Below the pieces are notes generated by a model. That model did not search any database and was not told the DNA's origin. It was given only the letters and a program-made list of their open reading frames with translations. From assembly GCA_050916045.1 (NCBI GenBank), contig CP051526.1, forward strand, positions 3,648,001-3,712,000: a stretch of DNA of 64,000 bases, in the 5' to 3' direction. Source of the stretch: Tepidisphaera sp. (lineage in GTDB: Bacteria; Planctomycetota; Phycisphaerae; Phycisphaerales; UBA1924). The position numbers and the translations under genes are program-made. The first letter of the stretch is position 1. Each line of letters starts with the position of its first letter. Below, in pieces: positions 51,033 to 60,344 of this stretch.

Positions 51033-51836
51033 ATGGGACGCCCGGCACGTGTGATCCTGCTTGGTCTGACCGCGCTCGCGAGCGGCGCGGTGGTCGGCGT
51101 GCTCGCGACGGTGGCGGGGGTGTGGATCGCGTGCGAACGGGCGGGGATGGGTGTACCGATCGATTCGCGGCTTGTCATCATCGCAGGGGAAGAGGTGAAC
51201 GGAATCACCACGCTTGCGTATGACCGCTTCGCGGTGAGCGTGAGCGTGCACTTTCACTACATGATTCCGAACGGACAACCCTCGGTCCCCCCCTTCCTGT
51301 TCGACAGCTCCATCTCATTCCGAAATCTCGGGCGAACGCTTGAGGAATCGATGCAACAGGATTACGGGCAGACGCCGCTCTCGGTTTGGCCCGGGGGCAT
51401 GCCGCCGGTTCCCCCGACGCCGCTTCCATCGCGATGGTTCCGAGGTTTGTCGACGGCGAAAGATCCCGGGACCAGACAGTGGCGGGAGACGGTGTACGGC
51501 TGGCCGTTCCGGTGCCTGCGGGTTCGCGGGCGGACGGTGCAGGATGGACCGATGTCCCTGTCGCTGCTCCCGCCGACCTGGACGGGTGTCCCGGGCTGGG
51601 GGATCGCGTGGGGCGAGGTTGCGATCAGCACCGCAGCTCTCGGCTCGCCGGCGAGCGCTCTGGTTCTGGTGCTCATCGTGGTGAAGGGCCCGATCCAGCG
51701 TCGCCGCCGCAAACGCCGCGGGCTCTGCCCGTCGTGCGGGTACGACCTTCGCGGGGTGGCGGCCAAGTGCCCGGAATGCGGTCTTTCAGAGCCCGACGCG
51801 CCAGCGAGGGAGACGCGGCGAGGGGCTTCCGGTTGA
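51033..51836 (+). CDS. Two-TM protein with C-terminal zinc ribbon, paralogue 2
   Basis: WRETVYGWPFRCLRVRG, TGVPGWGIAW, CPSCGYDLRG..CPECG. Confidence 0.8.
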   Translation: MGRPARVILLGLTALASGAVVGVLATVAGVWIACERAGMGVPIDSRLVIIAGEEVNGITTLAYDRFAVSVSVHFHYMIPNGQPSVPPFLFDSSISFRNLGRTLEESMQQDYGQTPLSVWPGGMPPVPPTPLPSRWFRGLSTAKDPGTRQWRETVYGWPFRCLRVRGRTVQDGPMSLSLLPPTWTGVPGWGIAWGEVAISTAALGSPASALVLVLIVVKGPIQRRRRKRRGLCPSCGYDLRGVAAKCPECGLSEPDAPARETRRGASG

Positions 51837-51858
51837 CGGTGGGCATCGGTCGGCGGGA
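51768..51858 (+). repeat. 91-bp direct repeat, copy 1 (copy 2 at 52619-52709)
   Basis: 88 of 91 bases identical by manual alignment. Confidence 0.92.
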
Positions 51859-51907
51859 GTGACGGCCGGGAACGTCGCTTCCTTGAAGGGTCAGGTAGAC
51901 TGCCGAG

Positions 51908-52687
51908 ATGCGAGGGGCGAAACGGCTTGGGCGGAGGTTCGCGGCCGCTTTGACCGCGGGTTTCGTGTTTGGGGTGATATCCACGGGTGCGGGTGTCTGG
52001 TGGGCGTCCAGGAACACGTCTCACGCTCTGTCGAACCAAGCCACATTGATCGCCATTTCCGGCGAGCAGGGTGCTCGCGGCGTGGCGCTCGTCATAGAGA
52101 CCGAGGACTTTGTCCGAATTTCTCTTCAACTCGACCGGGCGGGTACGTCCGGGCTCGGGATGGAAGCTCTTTCGCTTGAATCGCTGTACGCGTTGATCGT
52201 GGAAACGCGGACGCCGCCGCCCCAAACCCGTCTTCAGGATTCAGAAACGGAGGGGTTCGGGCCTGAGCCCGCGAGCCCCGAGCGACGGTACCGCGGGCTT
52301 TCAAAGCCGCAGAACACCGACGCCCCAAGATGGGAAGAAACGGTGTGGGGAAAGCCCTTTCGGTGTCTTCGCGTACGCGGTCCGATGGGAAGCAGCGGGC
52401 CGCTCCGTCTTGCAGACATCCCGACGCGCTGGGGCGGGGTCGCGGGCTGGAGCATCGCTTGGGGGGAAGCCGCGAAGAGCATCGCGGTCTTCGGGATACC
52501 GGCGGCAGCGCTGGCGATGGTGACGCCGTACGCGGCTGGATCACTTCACAAGCGGTCTCGGCGAAAGCGCGGCCAATGCGTTGAGTGCGGGTACGACAGA
52601 CGCGGAATCTCGGCAGTCTGCCCGGAATGCGGCCTTTCAGAGCCCGACGCGCCAGCGAGGGAGACGCGGCGACGGGCTTCCGGTTGA
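51908..52687 (+). CDS. Two-TM protein with C-terminal zinc ribbon, paralogue 3
   Basis: WEETVWGKPFRCLRVRG, GGVAGWSIAW, CVECGYDRRG..CPECG. Confidence 0.8.
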   Translation: MRGAKRLGRRFAAALTAGFVFGVISTGAGVWWASRNTSHALSNQATLIAISGEQGARGVALVIETEDFVRISLQLDRAGTSGLGMEALSLESLYALIVETRTPPPQTRLQDSETEGFGPEPASPERRYRGLSKPQNTDAPRWEETVWGKPFRCLRVRGPMGSSGPLRLADIPTRWGGVAGWSIAWGEAAKSIAVFGIPAAALAMVTPYAAGSLHKRSRRKRGQCVECGYDRRGISAVCPECGLSEPDAPARETRRRASG

Positions 52688-52806
52688 CGGTGGGCGTCGG
52701 TCGGCGGGACAGAGGGCGGGAACGGTGAGCCACGCGTGCCGCCGTGGGCACACTGAAGCTTGGGAGCATCTCGTCGATTCACCCTCGCTGGCGCGTCGGG
52801 CTCTGA
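52637..52806. mobile_element. REPIN/MITE-like element with perfect 25-bp terminal inverted repeats
   Basis: TCAGAGCCCGACGCGCCAGCGAGGG at 52637-52661 and its exact reverse complement at 52782-52806; a third arm at 51786-51810. Confidence 0.65.
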
Positions 52807-52810
52807 CAGG

Positions 52811-53761
52811 TCAGGCGTGCTGGCCGATGACCTTCTCCGCGTACTCGTTCATCGCGTCGCGAAGCTGCTCGAAGCTCTCAAGCACGTAGTAGATCGGCTG
52901 GAAGTGGTCGATCTCGAAGTCCGTCTCGCAGACGCGTTCGAGGTCGAAGGGGCGCCACTCGGCGACCGGGCGGGCCGTGCAGTCCGGAGCGGTCTGGCCC
53001 TTCTTCTCCCACGCGCCCTTCAGCGAGTATTCGCTTTCGGCGTGGCTGCTGACGAGGCCCGAGCCGTAGACCTTGACCTGCCCGTTCTCGCGGATCAGGC
53101 CGAACTCAACCGTGAACCAGAACAAACGGCCCAGTCGTTTGACGTGGATCGGGTCGTCGCAGCGGAGCGCGGCTTGGCCGTACGTCTGGAGGAAGTCGGC
53201 AAAGACCGAGAGCGTGTGGAGCGGGACGTGGCCGAAGACGTCGTGGAAGATGTCCGGCTCGGGGAGGTAGTCCATGACCTCGCGCGGGCGGATGAGAACC
53301 GTCGTCGGGAACTCGCGCTGGGCGAGGCAGGCGAAGAAAGCCTTCGCGGGGAGGTAGCCCGGGACGCCGTACGAAGCCCAGTTGGACTGGGCGTGCAGGA
53401 ACTTGTTGATGCCGTCGAGGCGCGTGCCGGCTTTGACGACCTTGCCGCCGGCGATCGTGATGTCCTTGCTGACGACCAGGTCATCCAGAAGCGGCAGGCG
53501 GTCGCGGGTGAGCTGCAGGATCTTCATCCCGTCGATGAACTGCCGGGAGACCTGCTGCTCGAGGAGCATCCAGCGGCGGTCGTACAGGTCGCGCCAGACG
53601 TCGTGGTCCTCGGGGGTGTAGCGCTCGTACTGCTGCGTGATGTAGAACTTGTCGGCGTCGATGTCGGAAGCGGTGCGGTTGGGAGCGTCGTCGGCGCAGG
53701 CCTGGGCGATCCGCGCTTCCTCGCTGTCGATGATGTTGTTGTACGCGATGCCGGGCTTCAT
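52811..53761 (-). CDS. phhA: Phenylalanine 4-hydroxylase
   Basis: YT.EDH.VW..LY.R, DYLPEPDIFHDVFGHVP, RLFWFTVEFGL, YGSGLVSS..E, QPIYYVLESF; GGAGG RBS. Confidence 0.93.
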   Translation of the reverse strand: MKPGIAYNNIIDSEEARIAQACADDAPNRTASDIDADKFYITQQYERYTPEDHDVWRDLYDRRWMLLEQQVSRQFIDGMKILQLTRDRLPLLDDLVVSKDITIAGGKVVKAGTRLDGINKFLHAQSNWASYGVPGYLPAKAFFACLAQREFPTTVLIRPREVMDYLPEPDIFHDVFGHVPLHTLSVFADFLQTYGQAALRCDDPIHVKRLGRLFWFTVEFGLIRENGQVKVYGSGLVSSHAESEYSLKGAWEKKGQTAPDCTARPVAEWRPFDLERVCETDFEIDHFQPIYYVLESFEQLRDAMNEYAEKVIGQHA

Positions 53762-53844
53762 GGGTGAGCCTCCGAGTAATGGGCGGGCGGCGCCCTGTGC
53801 GAGCTCATGCAATCATAGGAAAGCCGGGCTCGGAGAGGGCGGGA

Positions 53845-55128
53845 TCAGGATGCGGCAAAGCCCGCCCAGGCTTCATCCTCGGAGATGGCTTGGAGGGGGG
53901 CGATCGCGCGGGAAGCCGGCGAGTCCGCGCGGCGGCGGTGGACCGCGGCTTGGATGCTGTCTTCGGGGTTGGGGCGGACGATCGGCGTGTCGGAGCCGAA
54001 GATCAGCGTGCGGCCGGGGACCAGGCCCGCTTGAACGAGGTCGCGGAGGGGAAGCACGCGGTGCAACCGGTCGGGGAGCGACCGCTCGAGGGCTTCGATG
54101 TCGTAAAGCAGGTGGCAGGGCTGGACGCTCGCGGTTAGGCCCATTTCCGCGAATCGAGGGACGTCGGCTTGATCGATGAGCTCGGCGTGCTCGATCCGGA
54201 AAGCTCGGCGAACATCGCGGGGGAGGGGCGGGAGGCTTTGAGCGGCGTCCAGACAGGCCCGGACGGCGCCGTCGCCGATCGCGTGGGCCGCGAAGCCGAC
54301 CTCCAGCGCCGTGCACGCACGCATCGCCGACGCGATCTGCTCGACCGACATCAACGCCGTTCCGCACGGGTGCTCAAGCATCGCATCCGCGTACGGCGCG
54401 AGCATCCACGCCGTGCGGGCGTTCAGCGTGCCGTCGACAAAGACCTTTCCGCCCAGAAGCTCAAGGCCGGGCCGGGACCACCCCTGCCGGCCGGCCGCGA
54501 CTGGTGCGAGATGCTCCACGAGCGGAAACAGACCCACGCGGATCGGAAGCTCGCCGGCATCGTGAAGCTCGGCGAGCATCGCGGGAAGCCACGGCTGGGT
54601 CAGCAGGTCGTGCACCTCGACAAACCCCATCGCGGCAAGGTCGCGGATCGCGGTCCGGACGTGCTGCTTGAGCTCCGCGGGGGGCGGTTCGGGAGAAGCT
54701 TCGCGGACGCGGCGGCAAGCGGCTTCGAGGCAGAGACCGGTCAGGCGACCGGTCTCGTCGCGGCCGAGGACGCCCCCCTGCGGATCGGAGCACCCCTCGA
54801 CGAACCCGGCAGCGGCCAGAGCGGCGGAATTGGCGACAAGGCTGTGATGGTCGAAGGACATAAGCCACGCGGGACGGGTGCCGGTGACGCGGTCGAGTTC
54901 CTCGCGGGTCGGCCACCGCGGGTCGGTCCAACTTTCGATGCGGAGCTGGACGCCCATGAGCCAGTCGCGGGCGCCGGAGGCTTGCAGGCGAGCGGCTTCG
55001 GAAGCGACCTTCGCCAGGCAGTCCTTGACGCTCATGCAGTCGCCAAGCCGGAGCATGCCAAGAGCACGGCCGTGCCACGCGAGGTGGACGTGAGCTTCGC
55101 GAAGACGAGCGGGACGCGGGATCGTCAT
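53845..55128 (-). CDS. Amidohydrolase-3 family (YtcJ-like) protein
   Basis: EAHVHL, DHHSLVANSAAL, GKVFVDGTL, HAIGDGAV, RIEHAE, FGSDTP. Confidence 0.88.
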   Translation of the reverse strand: MTIPRPARLREAHVHLAWHGRALGMLRLGDCMSVKDCLAKVASEAARLQASGARDWLMGVQLRIESWTDPRWPTREELDRVTGTRPAWLMSFDHHSLVANSAALAAAGFVEGCSDPQGGVLGRDETGRLTGLCLEAACRRVREASPEPPPAELKQHVRTAIRDLAAMGFVEVHDLLTQPWLPAMLAELHDAGELPIRVGLFPLVEHLAPVAAGRQGWSRPGLELLGGKVFVDGTLNARTAWMLAPYADAMLEHPCGTALMSVEQIASAMRACTALEVGFAAHAIGDGAVRACLDAAQSLPPLPRDVRRAFRIEHAELIDQADVPRFAEMGLTASVQPCHLLYDIEALERSLPDRLHRVLPLRDLVQAGLVPGRTLIFGSDTPIVRPNPEDSIQAAVHRRRADSPASRAIAPLQAISEDEAWAGFAAS

Positions 55129-55724
55129 GACGCCCCCTTGCGGAGAAGGGCTTCCACGCGCTCCGCGGTCTCATCGCTGGTGGTCGCGGGCGTCTCGAAC
55201 GGCAGGCGTTCAACGCCGCGCGGCGTCCGAATGTCGACGCCGAGCTCATCGACGCCCACCGTCCGCGACCCGGCGGGGAAGCCGAGCTGGACCAAAGCCG
55301 AAGCGTTCAGCTTGCGAACCAGGGCGACCTCGCCGCGACCGAGTTTGCTGATCGCGCGGGCTTCGGGTCCGTCGAAGACTTCGACGCCAAGCCGCGCCCA
55401 GGAAGTGAACAGGCGGTAGAAGAACTGCTCGGGAGTACCGTGGTACCCGATCCAGCGGTCGCAGGCCGGGTCCTTGGTCGGGCCGAGGACGATCGGCGTC
55501 GCCGCGATGCGGAGGGCGGTGTCGGCTTCCTCGGGGATGCAGAGCACCCACTCGGCCCCATCGACGTTCTCGGGCCCGAGGGAGATCACAGGCTCACCCG
55601 TGACCGGGTCGATGACGTACCGGATCTGGGTTGCTCCCCCGTCGGAAAGCAGCATGCCCGTGGTGTACGCCCGCAGAACTTGCGCCGGGGGGAGCGGGCT
55701 TGCGGGCATGGAATCAGGGGTCAT
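55125..55724 (-). CDS. HugZ / pyridoxamine-oxidase-like protein with DUF2470-like C-terminus
   Basis: C-terminal VGVDELGVDIR..RLPF.TP; ATGA overlap with the amidohydrolase gene. Confidence 0.55.
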   Translation of the reverse strand: MTPDSMPASPLPPAQVLRAYTTGMLLSDGGATQIRYVIDPVTGEPVISLGPENVDGAEWVLCIPEEADTALRIAATPIVLGPTKDPACDRWIGYHGTPEQFFYRLFTSWARLGVEVFDGPEARAISKLGRGEVALVRKLNASALVQLGFPAGSRTVGVDELGVDIRTPRGVERLPFETPATTSDETAERVEALLRKGAS

Positions 55725-55802
55725 CGCGGGAATCGTGCGCGCGCTGAGGGCCGGAAGCAAGAAGCCGCGACGGATTCCCAACAACGGCGCATCCAGACTG
55801 CC

Positions 55803-56153
55803 ATGCCACTCCGCCGCTTCATCCCCGCTCTCACCACCCTCGGCGTCGTCGCCGGGCTGGCCGCGGCGCGGATGGTGGTCGAGGTCCTTCCGATGAACCG
55901 GACGGTCGCCGCGGTCGCGGAGTGGATTCACGGCCCCCAGCGGGTGGAGGAACCCCCTCGCCCAAAGATCGCCAAGCCGGTCGCAGATCCCAAGCCGCCC
56001 TTGGCCAAGGTTCCGCAGGTGATCGAGATTGAAATCCTGGGCGGGACGACGTGCGACGAAGCCGAGCTTTCCCCCACGGATCGGCCGAGCTATGAGCCCT
56101 TGCCGACCGTGACCAACAGCCTGATGGCGTCTCACCTGCGGGGCGGGGCGTAG
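55803..56153 (+). CDS. Small membrane-anchored hypothetical protein
   Basis: Hydrophobic N-terminus and Pro-rich linker; fills the gap before trpE. Confidence 0.5.
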   Translation: MPLRRFIPALTTLGVVAGLAAARMVVEVLPMNRTVAAVAEWIHGPQRVEEPPRPKIAKPVADPKPPLAKVPQVIEIEILGGTTCDEAELSPTDRPSYEPLPTVTNSLMASHLRGGA

Positions 56154-56179
56154 CCGGTCGGCCGGTTACGATCCCCGCG

Positions 56180-57811
56180 ATGACACTCCTTTCGCGCGAC
56201 GCCTTCATCAAGCTGATCCACGAGAGCCGCGGCCCGGGCGAGCAAGCGACGCTCGCCGTCCCCCTCGCGGTCCGACTCCTTGCCGACCAGCTCACGCCCG
56301 TGCTCGCGTACCGGCGGCTCGTCGCTCCGGATGAGCGGACCGCGCCGTCGTTCCTGCTCGAATCCGTCGAGGGGGGCGAGCGTCAGGGTCGGTTTTCGAT
56401 CCTGGGAAGCCGGCCGGCGCTCGAGGTCATCACGCACACCGTGGATGATGCGGCGGACCATGTGGAGATCATCGACCATCGGCTGAGCGCCGAGCTTGCA
56501 GAGAGCATGAGCGACGAAGCGGAGGAGGACAATCCGCTTTTCGTCCCGCGCGCGATCTCCAAGCGATTCAAGCTCGTGATGCCGCCGTCGTCGGGACCGC
56601 GGAACTCGCTTCCCAAAGCGTTTCTGGGCGGGTGGGTCGGATACGCCGCGTACGACACGGTGCGGTACGGTGAGCCGGACAAGCTGGCTTTCGGGAACGC
56701 ACCGCCGGACGATCGCGGCCTTCCGACCGTGCACTTTGCGTTCTACGACGGCGTGGTGGTGTTCGATCACGTCGACAAGCTGGTCTACGTCGTTGAGCTC
56801 GCGATGGTGAGGCCGGGCCAAGACCCGGGCGGGGCGTACGACCTCGCGATCGCGAACCTCGAGGAGCGGGTGGAGGAGATCCAGCGGCACGTCAAGCCGC
56901 TCGCGTCGGGGCGGGTCGGCGAGGACAGGCCCCCCACCGCGATGTCGAGCAACATTACCCGTGAGCAGCACGCGAGCATGGTGGACCGGGCGAAGGAGTA
57001 CATCCGCGCCGGCGACATCTTCCAGGTGGTGATCGGGCAGCGCTTCGAGCGGCAGAGCGCGGTGGACCCGTTTGATGTCTACCGGTCGCTCCGCGCGGTC
57101 AACCCCTCGCCGTACATGGGGTACCTGCAGTGCCGCGGCTGCATCCTCGTCGCGAGCTCGCCGGAAATTCTGTGCCGCGTGCGGGCCAAGGACGGCGGCA
57201 AGTTCGAGGTGACCAACAGGCCGCTGGCAGGGACGCGGCGGCGCGGGGCGACGCCGGAAGAAGATCGACGGCTCGAACGAGAGCTTTTGGCCGACCAGAA
57301 GGAACGGGCCGAGCACATCATGCTGGTGGATCTTGGACGCAACGATGTGGGCATCGTCGCCAAGCCCGGGACGATCGAGCTTGCGAAGGTTATGGAAGTC
57401 GAGCGGTACAGCCACGTGATGCACATCAGCAGCACGGTGACGGGCGAGCTTCGCGAGGGGCTTGATTGCTGGGATGCGCTCCGGGCTGCGCTGCCGGTAG
57501 GAACGATCTCGGGTGCGCCCAAGGTTCGGGCGATGCAGATCATCGATGAGCTTGAGACGCTCCGGCGCGGGCCGTACGGAGGCGGGTTCGGGATCGTCGG
57601 GCTTGACGGACAGATGGACATCGCGCTGGCGCTGCGGACGATCGTCGTGCCCACTGACCGGTTCGACGGGACGCGGTGGACGTATCACCTTCAGGCCGCG
57701 GGGGGCATTGTCGCCGACAGCGACCCCGGTGATGAGTACATGGAGACGGTGAACAAAGCCGCGGCGCTGTCACGGGCGATCGACGTCGCGGAGCAGGCCT
57801 TCGGCGCGTAA
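56180..57811 (+). CDS. trpE: Anthranilate synthase component I
   Basis: FLLESVEGGE, GDIFQVV, NPSPYM, SSPEIL, RPLAGTRRRG, EHIMLVDLGRND, GTISGAPKVRA. Confidence 0.96.
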   Translation: MTLLSRDAFIKLIHESRGPGEQATLAVPLAVRLLADQLTPVLAYRRLVAPDERTAPSFLLESVEGGERQGRFSILGSRPALEVITHTVDDAADHVEIIDHRLSAELAESMSDEAEEDNPLFVPRAISKRFKLVMPPSSGPRNSLPKAFLGGWVGYAAYDTVRYGEPDKLAFGNAPPDDRGLPTVHFAFYDGVVVFDHVDKLVYVVELAMVRPGQDPGGAYDLAIANLEERVEEIQRHVKPLASGRVGEDRPPTAMSSNITREQHASMVDRAKEYIRAGDIFQVVIGQRFERQSAVDPFDVYRSLRAVNPSPYMGYLQCRGCILVASSPEILCRVRAKDGGKFEVTNRPLAGTRRRGATPEEDRRLERELLADQKERAEHIMLVDLGRNDVGIVAKPGTIELAKVMEVERYSHVMHISSTVTGELREGLDCWDALRAALPVGTISGAPKVRAMQIIDELETLRRGPYGGGFGIVGLDGQMDIALALRTIVVPTDRFDGTRWTYHLQAAGGIVADSDPGDEYMETVNKAAALSRAIDVAEQAFGA

Positions 57812-57812
57812 A

Positions 57813-57842
57813 GAAGCCCACGGGTTCAAACCCGTGGGCTTC
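57813..57842. repeat. REP-like palindrome / terminator, copy 2
   Basis: GAAGCCCACGGG-ttcaaa-CCCGTGGGCTTC immediately after the trpE stop. Confidence 0.75.
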
Positions 57843-57872
57843 AGGACAGTCGGTGTTCAGTCGCGGGGTCGA

Positions 57873-60182
57873 TCAGCAGCCGATCTCGAAGGCGAGGACG
57901 AAGTCGTCGTAGTCGAAGAAGTCGGTGAAGCCGTCGCCGTTGAAGTCCGCGTTGCCCACGCCGGTCTCGAAGGCGAGGACGAAATCGTCGTAGTCGAAGA
58001 AGTCGAGGAACCCGTCCTGGTTGAAGTCGGCGTTGCAGAGGGGGGCGGCGGCGTCGATGTCGGTGACAACGATCTCGGAGATGTCACGGGCGGCGACGGT
58101 CATGCTCGAAGCGTCGTCGAAGGGGAGGAGGGGGTTGATCGGGGTGAAGGCGACGCTGTCGACGGGGATGGGGTCGTTGCCGCCCCAGCCGATCTTGAAG
58201 CACCCGCGCACGCCCCAGTAGGTGCGGACGGACTGCTGAATCGGCCAGGGATTCCAGTAGAGTTCGGTGACCCAGCCCCAGACGATCTGGCTGCCGGGGC
58301 CGCAGATGATGTGGGCTTGGATCTCGACCTCGCCGAGGTTGGGAAGGACTGTCTCCCCGACGATCGAGCCGTTGCGGTAGGCAGTCACACGGTACTCGGA
58401 AGCTTCGACACCCGAGAAGTCGCAGGAGACTGTCGCCGAGCCGTTGCCGTTGCCACGGACGCGTTGCTTGATGAGGGTCACGTGCCCGACGTAGTTCTTG
58501 CGAAGGGACATCTCGGCCTCGCCGGTGGTGTCGAGGATGTCGCCGAGGGTCACGCTTCCTGCGGCGGGCGGGCGAGCGGCCGGCCACTTGACCTCGACGC
58601 CGTCCTGACCCGAAGAGCCGATGTTGGTGGCGACGATTTTGCGGCCCTGCTCATCGTCGCACTGCGAGCCGTCGTCGCAGCGTTCGGTCACCAGGACGTC
58701 ACCCATGCCGGAGCATTCGGTGCCATGAAACCCGGCAGCGATCCTGGAGACTTCGATCGCGGGGAGTGTGTCGGAAGAGACTTCGAGAGCGGCAAGCCCG
58801 TTGTCGATGACCGCGTTCTGATCGCAGATCCCGTAGGTGGTGATGGTGTTGGCGGTGCGGTTGTAGGGGAAGGTCTCCCCGGGGCACCCGAACACCCAGA
58901 CTTGCTCAAAGGCGATCCAGTCGTAGTTCTTGTAGATCGGGGGGTTGTGGAGGATCGTGATGTACTGCCACTGGGGCAGTGCGCCGCCCGGACACGGGCC
59001 TGAGACGACCACGCCGGGGCCGTTGGTGATGATGTGGCCGAGCGGGCCGGGGTCGGTCTCGTCGTGGACGACGACGCCCCCTCCGTCGACCGCGACGGTG
59101 CGAACAGCGGTGATGGGAAGCCCGGAAAGGTCGGTGTCGAGCTCAACACCACCCGCGGAGTTCGTGCTCAGCGAGCTGCGGTGGTAGATGAGGCCGTCCC
59201 ACCCCTTGTGCTTGATCTTGATCTCGCCGCTGGTGGCGGAAAGGTCGCCGGGGTGGATGGTGACGCCGCCGCCGCTGGCGGAGTCCATCTCGATCTCGCC
59301 GCCGCACCCTGGGGTGCCGGGGTTCCCCGCGAGGCGGATGCGGGGACCGCCGCCGAAGCCGCCCCCGAAGGCGATGTCGGAGCTGCTGCCTGCGGAAGGC
59401 TTGATCATGAACCCGTCGAGGACGTGGCCGGCTTCGAGAGGCGTGACTTCGGCGTAGGTGGAGCCGATTCGGATTTCGTCGATGGAGTTGGAAACGGGGC
59501 CGCCGGTGCTGCCGGTTTCGATCAAGACCTTGCGGAGGTCGGCGAAGTTGCCGTAGGCGGGGAGGTGGAGCCCCGCGTCAGCGAGGGCGGGTTCGGCGTT
59601 GAGGGCGGGGTCGGTCCAGACCGTGACGTCGTCTCGGCCGGCACGGAAGTCAACGCGAGCGACGCAGCGGATCTTCTGGACGGCGGGGAGGAGCAGACGC
59701 TGGACGCCGCCGGTGGTGCCGTTGTCAATGCCCCAGTTGGATTCGCCGAAGGGCTTGCCGATGAAGAGGAAGGGATCCGCTCCCGGTGCTGTACATGGCA
59801 ACTTGACACCGAGCCACGAGGACGAGGTGGGGCCCGTGTGACGGGCGACGAAGGAGATCCAGACGGAGGTGCCCGGGGTGCCGGCGATCGGGGTCGTAAG
59901 CGACCGCTGGAGGCCGCCAGAGGACGAGCGGGCCGAACCGGTCTGGCCCTGCATGAGCTGCCACACCCGGATCGAGGTCATGCTGCTGGAGGACGCGGCC
60001 CACGAGCCGTACCCGGCGGACTGCCAGGGGGTCGAGAAGCCGGTCCCGCCCGACTGTCCCACCACGGACGCACCCGCCGGGTAGTTGAAGCCTTCGTAGG
60101 CCCCGGTCTGGGCGTTGGCGGTGCCGGCGAGGGTGGCGAGGGCGAGGGCGAGGAGGGACGCGTTACGGATGCTGGTGTTCAT
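57873..60182 (-). CDS. Large secreted multi-domain protein with GC-type dockerin-like domain
   Basis: Signal peptide; YEGFNY..GGTGFS.PW..IDEIRIGSTYAEVTP beta-sandwich; two internally related Cys/Trp-rich domains; dockerin-like end FEIGC. Confidence 0.85.
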   Translation of the reverse strand: MNTSIRNASLLALALATLAGTANAQTGAYEGFNYPAGASVVGQSGGTGFSTPWQSAGYGSWAASSSSMTSIRVWQLMQGQTGSARSSSGGLQRSLTTPIAGTPGTSVWISFVARHTGPTSSSWLGVKLPCTAPGADPFLFIGKPFGESNWGIDNGTTGGVQRLLLPAVQKIRCVARVDFRAGRDDVTVWTDPALNAEPALADAGLHLPAYGNFADLRKVLIETGSTGGPVSNSIDEIRIGSTYAEVTPLEAGHVLDGFMIKPSAGSSSDIAFGGGFGGGPRIRLAGNPGTPGCGGEIEMDSASGGGVTIHPGDLSATSGEIKIKHKGWDGLIYHRSSLSTNSAGGVELDTDLSGLPITAVRTVAVDGGGVVVHDETDPGPLGHIITNGPGVVVSGPCPGGALPQWQYITILHNPPIYKNYDWIAFEQVWVFGCPGETFPYNRTANTITTYGICDQNAVIDNGLAALEVSSDTLPAIEVSRIAAGFHGTECSGMGDVLVTERCDDGSQCDDEQGRKIVATNIGSSGQDGVEVKWPAARPPAAGSVTLGDILDTTGEAEMSLRKNYVGHVTLIKQRVRGNGNGSATVSCDFSGVEASEYRVTAYRNGSIVGETVLPNLGEVEIQAHIICGPGSQIVWGWVTELYWNPWPIQQSVRTYWGVRGCFKIGWGGNDPIPVDSVAFTPINPLLPFDDASSMTVAARDISEIVVTDIDAAAPLCNADFNQDGFLDFFDYDDFVLAFETGVGNADFNGDGFTDFFDYDDFVLAFEIGC

Positions 60183-60344
60183 GGCCTTTTTTCCTTGGTT
60201 CGAGGTGCTTGGTTGGGTCCGGGCAACGGTCCCGGCAACATTTAGGAACGCAGGAAATCACAACCACTCACACACAATGAGTCGGATTATGACAAAACCT
60301 CGGAAATCCCCCAAAGCGTCCTCGAACAGGGGTCCGGTAATCTC

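Noticed and set aside
50349..52806. Integron cassette array or diversity-generating retroelement
   Set aside because: No integrase or reverse transcriptase; the repeat begins inside the coding sequence, lacks clear attC RYYYAAC/GTTRRRY boxes, and its three mismatches are not adenine-specific.
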